NCBI GenBank assembly: GCA_002269645.1
Contig: NIVC01000200.1
Span: forward strand, 729,167-793,166
Source of the DNA: Macrostomum lignano
Taxonomy: Eukaryota
Length of the DNA: 64,000 nt
Reading direction: 5' to 3'
In this document: piece after piece, positions 1 through 11,088 of the stretch
Numbering within the stretch: position 1 is the stretch's first letter
Layout: the number at the start of each line of letters is the position of its first letter
Translations under genes and position numbers: made by a program
Notes under the pieces: model-generated
What the model was told of the DNA's origin: nothing
The model's database searches: none
Seen by the model: the letters and a program-made list of their open reading frames with translations, nothing else

Positions 1-690
1 CCGATTCTTAATCCCCAATTTGACCGATTCTTAATCCCCAATTTGACCGATTCTTAATCCCCAATTTGACCGATTCTTAATCCCCAATTTGACCGATTCT
101 TAATCCCCAATTTGACTGATTCTTGATCCCCAATTTTACCGATTCTTAATCCCCAATTTGACCGATTCTTAATCCCCAATTTGACCGATTCTTAATCCCC
201 AATTTGACCGATTCTTAATCCCCAATTTGACCGATTCTTAATCCCCAATTTGACCGATTCTTAATCCCCAATTTGACCGATTCTTAATCCCCAATTTGAC
301 CGATTCTTAATCCCCAATTTGACCGATTCTTGATCCCCAATTTTACCGATTCTTAATCCCCAATTTGACCGATTCTTAATCCCCAATTTGACCGATTCTT
401 AATCCCCAATTTGACCGATTCTTAATCCCCAATTTGACCGATTCTTAATCCCCAATTTGACTGATTCTTAATCCCCAATTTGACCGATTCTTAATCCCCA
501 ATTTGACCGATTCTTAATCCCCAATTTGACCGATTCTTAATCCCCAATTTGACCGATTCTTAATCCCCAATTTGACCGATTCTTGATCCCCAATTTGACC
601 GATTCTTAATCCCCAATTTGACTGATTCTTAATCCCCAATTTGACTGATTCCTAATCCCCAATTTGACTGATTCCTAATCCCCAATTTGA
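1..690. repeat. 23-bp tandem minisatellite (CCGATTCTTAATCCCCAATTTGA)n, about 30 units, intronic, truncated by the window start
   Basis: Directly visible near-perfect repeat; ends about 80 nt from the exon boundary at 773. Confidence 0.97.
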
Positions 691-772
691 GCGATCAGTG
701 AGTGATTTATAAAAACAAGAAATGTTTTCTACAATAACTAGGATATATTAAGGACATTAGAAGGTCACTCAC

Positions 773-1092
773 AGCCAGGATGTCCTTCAGATGGTCGAAC
801 ACGGCCTGTTTGGCTCCGGCAGAGCCGCTCTCTGTGATCAGGCTGACTACAGTTTTTACCAATTCAGTGGAATCCTCTTTACGAATTTTAGTCAACAGTC
901 TGGCCGTCTCCGCGATGATCTCCCGCCGGACTCGATCGTCGTGCTCATTCACCAGGTGCTCCTTGAGCTTGGGCACCAGCTGACTGTTCAATGTGTCTTT
1001 CGAGCAGGCGTCCGCAAAGGCGACCAGGTTTTTTGCGGACGCCCGGCGCACCTCGGGCTCGTTGTCCTCCCACAGGCGAATGAACAGGGGGC
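773..1092 (-). CDS. PP2A A-subunit (PR65/PPP2R1)-like HEAT protein, coding exon 5 (gene continues beyond the left edge)
   Basis: Acceptor CCAG|GC at 1093/1092 (phase 1) and donor GCT|GTGAGT at 773/772. Peptide GPLFIRLWEDNEPEVRRASAKNLVAF aligns to PP2A-A HEAT8 [27 protein letters not shown]. Confidence 0.85.
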
Positions 1093-1223
1093 CTGGCGAT
1101 GGACAGATTTTGTAGCAATTTAGCAAATCCGCCACGTAGTATTTAGCAATAAATAAGTGACACTACTTAATCAGTAGCGAGTATCTATTTATATTCACGA
1201 AATCATACTATTACCCATTGCTG

Positions 1224-1258
<35 letters not shown>

Positions 1259-1262
1259 GGAC

Positions 1263-1313
<51 letters not shown>

Positions 1314-1426
1314 CAGACAGACAGACAGACAGACACACACACAGACAGACAGACACTAAGACAGACAGACACTAAGACAGACAGACAGACACACAGACAG
1401 ACAGACACTAAGACAGACAGACACTA

Positions 1427-1463
<37 letters not shown>

Positions 1464-1466
1464 CTA

Positions 1467-1535
<69 letters not shown>

Positions 1536-1552
1536 CATACAGACAGACAGAC
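1224..1552. repeat. (CAGA)n/(TCTG)n microsatellite in intron 4 of the PP2A-A-like gene
   Basis: Directly visible; begins just after the GTGAGT donor on the minus strand. Confidence 0.97.
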
Positions 1553-1560
1553 ACACTCAC

Positions 1561-2037
1561 CTAGCTGCTTTCCAATCTTATTGAAAACAGTCTGAAACTC
1601 GGCAATATGAGCGGCAAAGTTCTGTCTCGTATTCCTGTGCGAATCCTCAGCGTAGCGCTCCAACACAGGGTAGACGGTGGACTCCAGCTCCTTCTCGCCA
1701 TACAGTTTAACCAGGTCTAGCAGGGAGCGAACGCTGGCGGCTCGAATGTCGCGATGATTGTCGTTAGACAGGGTGACCAAGCTGGCGAGGATTTCGGCCC
1801 GGTCTTTGCTAGCCGACTGTGCCAGAAGCCCCAGCTGGGTGACAGCGGCCTCGCGCACTAACAGAATCTCTTCCTCTTGATTGGCTGCATTAATTAGGCG
1901 AGATTTTAATTCGCTGCGAATATCGTTTGAGCTGATCTTGGCGTAACAAGGAACGATTAGGCGGCAACCAGCGCGGCGGGACGAACAGTAGAGATCGTCT
2001 GAAGGTCGCGACGGGTTCGGCTTTGTATTAAGGAATT
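1561..2037 (-). CDS. PP2A A-subunit-like HEAT protein, coding exon 4
   Basis: Acceptor TTAG|AA at 2038/2037, donor CTAG|GTGAGT at 1561/1560, 477 nt, phase 1-1. SSRRAGCRLIVPCYAKISS matches TSRTSACGLFSVCYPRVSS; LVREAAVTQLG matches MVRRAAASKLG; YPVLERYAED matches MPTLRQAAED. Confidence 0.88.
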
Positions 2038-2082
2038 CTAACACGAGGGTAAGTAACCAGAGATAAGAGGCTGGGAGCGGAA

Positions 2083-2790
2083 GAGTAGATAGCGGTAGGG
2101 TAGATAGTAGAGTAGATAGTGGTACGGTAGATGGTAAGTATATAGCGGTAGGGTAGATAGTAGAGTAGATAGTGGTAGGGTAGATGGTAAGTAGAGTAGA
2201 TAGCGTTAGGGTAGATAGTAGAGTAGATATCGGTAGGGTAGAAGGTAGAGTAGATAGCGGTAGGTTATATAGTAGAGAAGATAGCTAGGATAGAGTAGAT
2301 AGTGTAGTAGAGTAGGTAGCGTAAATAGTAGAGTAGACAGCGGTAGGGTAGATAGTAGAGTAGACAGCGGTAGGGTAGATAGTAGAGTAGACAGCGGTAG
2401 GGTAGATAATAGAGTACATAGCGGTAGGGTAGATAGTAGAGTAGATAGCGGTAGGGTCGATAACGGTAGGGTAGATAGATAGTAGAGTAAATAGCGGTAG
2501 GGCCGATAGTAGATAGCTGTAAGGAAGATAGTGAGTAGAGAAGATAGCGGTAGGTAGGATAGTAAGTAGAGTAGATATCGGTAAGGAAGATAGTCAGTAG
2601 AGCAGATAACGGTAAAGTAGATAGTAAGTGGACTCGATAGCCGTAGGGTAGATAGTTAAGTAGATAACAGTAAATTAGATAGAAAGCGGAGTAGATAACG
2701 GCAGAGTAGATAGTAGATTAGATAGCCGTAGGGAAGATATTAAGTAGTGAAGAAAATGGTAGACAACATTAGTCGGTAGGGTTGAAAGCA
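2083..2790. repeat. Degenerate GTAGATAG/GCGGTAGG compound simple repeat in intron 3 of the PP2A-A-like gene
   Basis: Recurrent GTAGATAGCGGTAGG and GTAGATAGTAGA words, decaying rightwards. Confidence 0.9.
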
Positions 2791-2903
2791 GTAGATAATG
2801 ACACAGCAACCCACTGCTTTCATATACCCAGTTTAAATCTTTGAAAAATACAAACTATATTACTCATTGAAAGCGAAATAAGTAGACTAAAACGGTTTTT
2901 TAC

Positions 2904-3164
2904 CATCGAAAACGGTTTTAATCAGCGGCACACAGTTGGTTTCAATCAGCGTCGAGGACAATTCGGCAACTACTTTGATCAGCGCGTCAGCGGCCGCTTC
3001 GCCAACAACAACCTCTTCAACCGAGGACAGAACGCGACCCAATGGCGGCACTAGATTAACAATATTATTGGCCGAGCCCATCAGATGAGGAAACGTGCCC
3101 AGCTGACGGCACACTTCTAATAGTAGCTCGTCCTCACCATTGTTGATTGCCGCGGTTATTAATT
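2904..3164 (-). CDS. PP2A A-subunit-like HEAT protein, coding exon 3
   Basis: Acceptor GTAG|AA at 3165/3164, donor GATG|GTAAAA at 2904/2903, 261 nt, phase 1-1. EDELLLEVCRQLGTF matches EDEVLLALAEQLGTF; LVPPLGRVLSSVEEVVV matches LLPPLESLATVEETVV. Confidence 0.9.
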
Positions 3165-3253
3165 CTACAATTTTTTGTTGAATAAAGTAACTAATATAGC
3201 TTAGCTACCATAGCAACCAGAATTGAATATATTGACAAAAAATTAAGTCTTAC

Positions 3254-3344
3254 CATCAATTTTAGGTATTAGTACGTCCTTCACCTTAGAAGGGCCTAGG
3301 TTGCTAGCAACGACTGGTAGTGTTCGTACAACCCGAAGCTTCTC
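3254..3344 (-). CDS. PP2A A-subunit-like HEAT protein, coding exon 2 (not in the ORF track)
   Basis: CTAG|GAG acceptor and GATG|GTAAGA donor, 91 nt, phase 0 to 1. Translates EKLRVVRTLPVVASNLGPSKVKDVLIPKID, matching PP2A-A [30 protein letters not shown] and bridging exons 1 and 3 in frame. Confidence 0.82.
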
Positions 3345-3409
3345 CTAGTAGATGCAAGATAGGCAGATTTGCTTTCGGTAGAGTCATTGGACAAATGAGT
3401 AATCTAATG

Positions 3410-4138
3410 GACTTCTTGTCTACCTGAGTGATTCTCACTGACTTCTTGTCTACCTGAGCGATTCTCACTGACTTCTTGTCTACCTGAGTGATTCTCACTG
3501 ACTTCTTGTCTACCTGAGCGATTCTCACTGACTTCTTGTCTACCTGAGCGATTCTCATTGACTTCTTGTCTACCTGAGCGATTCTCACTGACTTCTTGTC
3601 TACCTGAGCGATTCTCACTTCTTGTCTACCTGACTGATTCTCATTGACTTCTTGTCTACCTGAGCGATTCTCACTGACTTCTTGTCTACCTGAGCGATTC
3701 TCACTGACTTCTTGTCTACCTGAGCGATTCTCACTGACTTCTTGTCTACCTGAGCGATTCTCACTGACTTCTTGTCTACCTGAGCGATTCTCACTGACTT
3801 CTTGTCTACCTGAGTGATTCTCACTGACTTCTTGTCTACCTGAGCGATTCTCACTGACTTCTTGTCTACCTGAGCGATTCTCACTGACTTCTTGTCTACC
3901 TGAGCGATTCTCACTGACTTCTTGTCTACCTGAGTGATTCTCACTGACTTCTTGTCTACCTGAACGATTCTCACTGACTTCTTGTCTACCTGAGTGATTC
4001 TCTGGTACCTTGTTCTCCCTGACTTTTTGTCTACGTGAGCGATTCTCACTGACTTCTTGTCTACCTGAGTGATTCTCACTGACTTCTTGTCTACCTGAGC
4101 GATTCTCACTGACTTCTTGTCTACCTGAGCGATTCTCA
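3410..4138. repeat. 30-bp tandem minisatellite (GACTTCTTGTCTACCTGAGCGATTCTCACT)n, about 24 units, intron 1 of the PP2A-A-like gene
   Basis: Directly visible; source of the spurious VRIAQVDKKS repeat ORFs. Confidence 0.97.
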
Positions 4139-4271
4139 CAGAACTATTGAGTCTTGACTAAAAAACTAATTGAGATATTTTGCCAATGCCCGCATGTGTC
4201 TTTAAAATGTCGAACAATACTTTAAGATAAATAGTTCAATCTAATAAATATTTTAATGAGGAACAACTTAC

Positions 4272-4403
4272 AGCAGTCTCCACTTCATACAGTCTCAAAT
4301 ATGGCGGTATTTTTTCGTAATTCTTAGAAATCTCTTCTTCAGAAAAGCTGAGCCCAGTGATGGCTTGCATCAATGATTCAATACTCTCTGCATCAACTGA
4401 CAT
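4272..4403 (-). CDS. PP2A A-subunit-like HEAT protein, probable first coding exon (MSVDAESIES...LYEVETA, 44 aa)
   Basis: ATG at 4403, open for 132 nt to a GCT|GTAAGT donor (phase 0) that fits the phase-0 acceptor of exon 2. Similarity to PP2A-A is weak in this exon. Confidence 0.65.
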
Positions 4404-7400
4404 GATTATTTGACAATTGGTGCTTTGGTCACAGATTTAAGCCAGAGATTATTGGCAGATTTTTTAATGCAATAGTAGACTTTCAGCATGCAAATAAATC
4501 AAAATAGTTATATGACAAAACAATATGGCAACAACTATAGCAACTATAAAAATGCCTCTAAAATAATTGCATTTATGTTCATGACAAGGAAATATGGTTA
4601 TTTAGAAAGCTATATAGTTAAACAAATATAGTTAGTTGGTTCCTAAAATTGAGCAGCAAAAGCCTCCTGAATTGTTTGAAGATCAGCCTTCTTAAATAAT
4701 AGCAAATATTAGGCTGCTTCTTTATTAGCTTTATTCATCTTAACTTTAGCCCCTGATATCCCAAGACCCAATCACAATGTGCCTTTAGTCTTTAACCCAA
4801 GGGACTTAATAGCTACTCACACATTGAAAGTAAAAACATTTACCTAAATGTTAGTCCCTATTATTCTAACTAGGCAAACATTATTGAGTCTTCAACCTTA
4901 GAGTCTTGAAAACTCACATTACAAAAGCTTTAAAATTAGTAACATTCATTTATTTCTAACTATTTTTACTACTTTACTCCTACCTATCAAATCAATGGCT
5001 CTAATAGTCTTTTAAACCTTAACTCATTTTTTTAGATACTGAATGGTCTAGATACTAAAACTAGATATAGGAAATGTATGTATTCCCATTTCAATATCTT
5101 CAATACATGCATAGCCCCTTGATTTATACTGGATATATGAATTACTTTTTGACCAAAAATGGGACCCACACTCTAGATCATATTGTATATGCACAAAAAC
5201 TTGGGCATGCACTGGCCTTGCATGCCAAAAGTAGATGTGCACAGCTGGCATGCATCACTCCTAGGAAAATAGTATGCGTGCACACCTGGTATGCACTTTA
5301 CAAAATCACAATGAAGAGTTATTGTGAAGTAGAAAAAAGATAAAAAAAGTTCACTTTTAAGCATAAATTTCAAGCTTTCTAGGTTTTGAAGCTTGTAATA
5401 AAGCATTTAAACAAATCTTTGCATGTATCAATTTTTCACTATAAATAGTATTGCTGAAAAAGCAAAAATTAACCAAATTATTTGCCAAAAAGGTCCATTA
5501 TGCACTCCATTTTTTGGTGTACATTTTTAATTATTCAATTTTTGTTTGGGCGTGCACCTAGCATGATCTGGACTATGGAATGGGATTTACATATGAAAAA
5601 ACCCAAGCAAAAGTTAGTATAATTTTGTGTAAACAGCAGAAGTAACTAATTGTTAATGTCTACATTTTTAGGTAATGATTTTGCAACTTAGGCTTACCTT
5701 GGCTAGACCTCTGGCTAACCAGCTAGATCAACTGGCTCAATAGGATATTGTATATGCATATATGTATAACCTTGTTTGTTTTTTTATGCTATGTTTTAAA
5801 AAAAACCTTTATATTGATCATTTCCTATAGCTATATTTATAGAGAAGTTATTAGATTATTATAAAAAATAATATAAGATATATGGAATAAGCCTGAAGAG
5901 AAAAAAACAATTAAAATTAAAATATAAAAATATAGGCCAAACATATTAAATTTATTAGGAGGAACAATTAGACTTTCCAAACAAAAAGTATATGTATCAA
6001 TCTTCCATTCAATTTTCCACGTGTGTCACGGAAGGTGTCACGTGTGCGCCGGAAATATATTTTGAAGTGTATTTTTGGAGTGTGCAATGTGCGCAAAGCT
6101 AAAATATGAATTTTTGTGCCAAAGTCTACATTCATTTATTGACAAATACATAGCTAGAGTACTAATGCGCCGTAGCACTAAAAACTTGGTAAAAGTCCAA
6201 ATAAAAAAACTCTAAAAAAATGGATAAATTTTCATACATTATATAGGCTTTTTTTCAACTCAAAACTTTTGCTTTATTTTAGCTTATGTAGAGAATTTTC
6301 AAAAGAAATAGCTCTAACTTTACGTTAAAATCCAATTTTGAATTTTATTATTCATTTTATTTACCAAGAAACAATTTTTTTATATTGTAGTAGGTGCGGG
6401 CACGGCCTCCCACTGCGTGTAATCCACTGGCTGGATGACTCAATGAATTGTCATTCCCGGCATGTAAATCTGTGACACTCAATGTAACTTTCCTTCCCAC
6501 CCCCTGGCAAAGTTTTGTTTTTCTGTGCTTTTCCCTGGGGTCCACCTGGTGCTATTTTCGTCACCACCTGGTGTACCCCGATATTTTCCTTTGCGTGTAA
6601 CTCTCTTCCCACCCGGGGTAACCCGCTTCCTCCTGGTGGTTCCTAAGAGCCTAATTTAAGAGTCTGCGCCCTGTCTTTCCTAGCCAGACTCTTGTGGCAT
6701 TTGCCTGAACTCCTGAGGATTCCAGTAGACCCTACTCAGACCATTACGAGAGGCCCCATATTTTGTAAGCCCAACCTCTAGACCCGACCAGCTCCTCGCC
6801 TTTTCAATTTAACAGTTTGACAGCAATATCTAAGTTTTAATCATTGCTTATAGTGCATGCAACCTAAGTTTTAATAATAATCTAGTTATCTAGCTTTGGC
6901 TAATATTTATTCTCGGCCTGACTTTATTGTGTGTGAAACGGTGTCTTAGCTTTCGTGACCTTGAAAGCACTCTATTTAGACCTTAGAGGTCTACTGAGAA
7001 AGGCTAGAGCGAACTCAAGCCAGTTTCAAGCTTTAGAGCTTTCCCGCGTACAATTGCAGTGGTGGCAGCGACCTACTACTTTTAGTAATCACTCTTGATG
7101 AATTAGCTTATTTTGAAGTGCCTCCTATTCGGCTACAAATCTCTGCATTTGGCATTCTGAACGTCGGCAAAACTAGACCACTCAGCCACGACCACAGCTA
7201 CCCTCCCGCTGAGCCTGAGGAACTCAGCAGCGGAGCTCCCCACCATCTGCAAGCCGAAATCTTTGTTAAGTTTTGTTGGAAACGACAAAGCGCACCAATT
7301 CGAATGGCTGGAACGACTGAATTAAAACCCCCACGGCTTCCAAGTTTCTTTTCAACCCCCCCCCACCTCAATATGCTTGAAAAAAATGTAATCTTAAAGC

Positions 7401-8499
7401 ATAATTTACGAACTGCATATGCAGATAATACATTTAGGTGACTTAATGTGAGCTAAATTTTTCTAATCAGGTTTTGCTGTGCGCCACTGTGCGCTAAAAA
7501 CTTCTGCTAAGCCTTTGTTATGCACTGTGTGCACCACTTTGTGCATATTTTTTGTTGATGTGCACTGGAATTTTCTGCCATAATGTACACCTTCCTGAGT
7601 GTGGGGTTTTTTAAATGTTAGGGCACATAAGTTATAAAACCAAGGTATATAACAATGCTTTGACCTTGACTAGGCTTACTGTAAGTCATTTAAGGCTAGG
7701 CCTATTGAGTATGAGTTATTGACCTTAGTACCAATAAAGTTTTATACAAAAAGGTCCTAGCTAAAATACCCCATAACATTATAATAAATAAATAAAAAAT
7801 ATTTTTAAAACTAATTTAGTGTGGTAAATGGGGGTCTACCATTGACTTTTAGTTTTGTTTACTCCTTGGTCATGATCCTTTGCTTCTTCTCAGGTTTGGG
7901 CCCCCTATGCTCACCTTAAGGTGCTGCCCTAATGTCACCCTTGTCTTTCTCCCAATTCCTGGGTTGGCCCTTTGTTTTCCCTGTTCTGGCCCTTCGTTTC
8001 CCTGTTTTGGCCCATTGTTTGTTTTTTAGTTTTGGCCTTTGTGCCCCTGTTTCTGATCAATTTTTATTTGCCTATTCTCTCCCTCTGTTTTTGTGTTTTG
8101 CCAATTGTTGATCGATGCTGTCCTTTTTCATGTCCATGCTCAGCCAATTAATGTTTATTACATACCACTGTCTGGCCTCAGCACTAATATTTATAATCCC
8201 ACAAGCTGTTAAAACCCGCGGATTTTGAACCCGTGGAACTCCAATACCCGGAACTACTTTTGCATGTATTCTGAAATCTAAGGCCATACACAAACAAAAA
8301 CTTGTTAATAGTTAGTAGGATAGAGGTAGACATAAAATGGAGCACATTCGTGTAAAATTAGGGTTTGAGTTTGAGGCAAACATTGATATTGTTGGCTGGG
8401 GTACTGCAAAGAATGTCAGGCAATGTCTGTCTGACTCTAAAACATTTATTGGCAAACTCTAGCCTCTCCCTGACTCTCCCTATGTCCCTTGGATCCTTT

Positions 8500-9012
8500 A
8501 AAATTTCTATTGTCTCTTCTGTTTCCTTTTTTCTCTCTCGTCCCGATCGTCTCTCCTCTCTCCTCTTTCTTCTCTCCTCTCTTCTCTCGTATCTTCCCTC
8601 ATCTCTCTTCTCTTTTATCTCTCTTATCTCATCTCTTGTCTCTTCTTTTCTCTCTCCTCTCCTCTTTCCTCTCTACTTTTCGTTTTCTCTCTCCTCTCCT
8701 CTCTCCTCTCTACTCTTTCGTTTTCTCTCTCCCCCTCTTCTCTTGTCTCTTCCTTCTCCTATCTATTCTTTTCTCTCTTCTCTTAACTCTCTCCTCTTTC
8801 CTCTCTCTCCTCTCTCCCCTCTTTTCTTGTCTCTTCTCTCACCTCTTTCCTCTCTCTTTCCTCTCATCTCTTTTCTTGTTTTATCTCTTCTCTCTCCCCT
8901 CGTCGCTCGTCTCTTCCCTCACCTCTCTTCTCTCTTGTCTGCTCTTTCATCTCTCCTTTCTCTTCTTTATCTTTTCTCTCTTATCTCTTCTCGTTTCTCT
9001 CTGCTCTGCTCT

Positions 9013-9068
<56 letters not shown>

Positions 9069-9815
9069 CCTCTCTACTCTCTCCCCTCTTCATTCTCCTA
9101 TTTCCTCTTCTCTCTCCCTGTCTCTCCTCTCTCCTCTAGTCTCTGTAATCTCTTCTCTCTTATCTCTCCTCTGTTCTCTCTATTCTCCCATCTCTCGTCT
9201 GTTCACCCTCATCTCTGCTCTCTCATCTGTCATCTTTACTTTCTTATACGTTCTCTCACTTATCTCCTCTGTACTCTTCTCTTTCACCTCTTCTGACTCC
9301 TCTCTTTCCTTACTCCTTTCTTCTTTTCTCTTCCCTCTTCTATACTCTCTCTCTCCTCTATTATCTTCTCTCGTCTCTCTGCACTGTCCTCTCACCTTTT
9401 TCATCTCTCATCTCTCCTTTAATCTGTCTCATCTCTACAATCTCATCTCTCCTTTCTTCCCTCTTCTTACACCCCTCTCTTATCTCTATCTCTTCTCTTC
9501 TCACTCCTCTCTCCCCCTCTTATCTCCTCTCTTCTCTATCCTTTCTACTCTCTCCTCTCCTCTTGACCCTCTGTCATCTTCTTTTTGCTCTCTCATCTCT
9601 ACTTTCTTCTCACTCTTCTCTACTCTCCTCTCATCGATCCTCTGTCTCATCTCTCCCCTGCTCTTTACCTTTACCTTTACTCCTTTACTCTTTCCTCTCC
9701 CTCCTTTCTCCCCTCCTCTCGCTTCTTCCTCCCTTCTCTGCTCTCTCCTCACCACTTGTCTCTCCTCTTATCTTCCATGTTTTCTCATATCCCCCTCTTG
9801 CCTCTCCTCTCTTCT
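8500..9815. repeat. CT-rich low-complexity polypyrimidine/polypurine tract with a central (CT)n
   Basis: Strong strand asymmetry (plus strand almost only C/T); pure (CT)n at about 9013-9063. Confidence 0.95.
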
Positions 9816-10449
9816 AATAGTCTATTCCTTCTCCTTTCCACTCTCATCTGGCTTGTGGCCCGCACATAAGCTGGATTCGTTATCTGGCTTTTGAAGTAAA
9901 AGTCTGCCGATCCCTGCTTTGAAAGCCAGTTTGTGGGACGTACTACTCTCATCGTTGTTCTCATGCTTTGATCACGTCATCTTTCTTGCCAATTTGCAGC
10001 CCTGAAAGGAATTTATGTATCTTCAGCTCCACTGCAGTCTGCATCAGTCTAACAATAACAATAACAACCAAGGAAATACGCATTTCTTAGGAGGCCATTT
10101 AAAATTTACACACTACCTTTAAAAAAACCTAAAATTTCCATGGTGTGCCTAATTTAGTAGGGTTGTATTTCATTGCATCGCATCGCATTTTCATAAATCT
10201 TTCGCTTTTACAAACCATGCTGGTTAGTGGATTCCCTCGATTTGCCAATTGCCATCCACTGTTAAACTGCTACAGAGTTTGCCAATACAGAGAGGAGGGC
10301 AGTGGTTAGAATTTCTCACTAAACTGTTATGGCTAAACATAGCCTCTCCACTCTCGGGGTGCAAGAAGGCTATAAAAAAGTTATTCCAAAACACTGTACA
10401 TTTGTTATGTACATTCAGTCCTATCGCCTGACCTTTCGTCTGGCTCTGG

Positions 10450-11088
10450 GGGAATGAGTGAGTGAGTGGCACAAACAACAGAAAAAGCAGACAAACTTCA
10501 CACGCTTACAGTTTCTTTTTCGGTTGAGTTACAGAGTTGAAACTTTACATTTAGACAGTGAATGAGTCAATAAAGAATTGTGTCAAGTTTGAAGTCAATC
10601 GCTTTACGTGGAGCAAACTTATGGTAGCTGAAAGTTAGTCAATTTTGAAACCCTTTTACACATCTGGGCCCAGATTGGTATCGGGAAAGAGAGGCAGGCG
10701 GGCGGAGGTTGGGGTGGTTGCTACGCTGAAAAAAACAGCCTAACTTTAAAAGTGCACAGCGCCGTTTAGGATTAACTTTGAGACTCGAAATTTTACATGA
10801 TTGTGTCAAAATAGTTGAAGATTGATTGTGTCAAATTTGAAGAAGATCGGTAGAAGTGGAGCGGCGCTATGGAGGATTAAGTGAAAAAATCGCGCATTTT
10901 GAGCAGTTTTTTGTACTTTTAGGTAGGAAGACTTGAGTCTAGGAAATTTAAAGGTAGCCTAAGACATTCTCCGTAGTAAGTTTAGGGTGGGTGTAAAGTT
11001 TGGTGTCATTTGGTTGAGCGGTTTGGGAGTCCATAGCGAAGTAATTTGTCCACAGACAGATAGAGTTTTGATTTTTATAGGTTGAGAT
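10450..11088 (+). mobile_element. Possible DINE-1/HINE-like non-autonomous element
   Basis: Three related GTGT(C/A)AA(G/A)TTTG.. core motifs (about 10580, 10828, 10991) and a terminal CAGACAGATAGAGTTTTGATTTTTATAGGTTGAGAT, resembling Helentron-associated interspersed elements. Boundaries are not established. Confidence 0.3.

Noticed and set aside
3304-4139. ORFs of VRIAQVDKKS repeats, and the CAG|GTAGA word in each unit as recursive splice sites
   Set aside because: These are translations of a 30-bp intronic minisatellite. The AG|GT word has no polypyrimidine tract and a poor donor consensus.
6540-6635. Three CC(A/T)CCTGGTG words resembling CTCF or E-box sites
   Set aside because: Short motifs without the full CTCF consensus; cannot be separated from chance or a repeat remnant.
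8365-9894. 509-aa Leu/Ser/Phe ORF and overlapping ORFs
   Set aside because: A CT-only tract cannot readily form stop codons; composition artefact.
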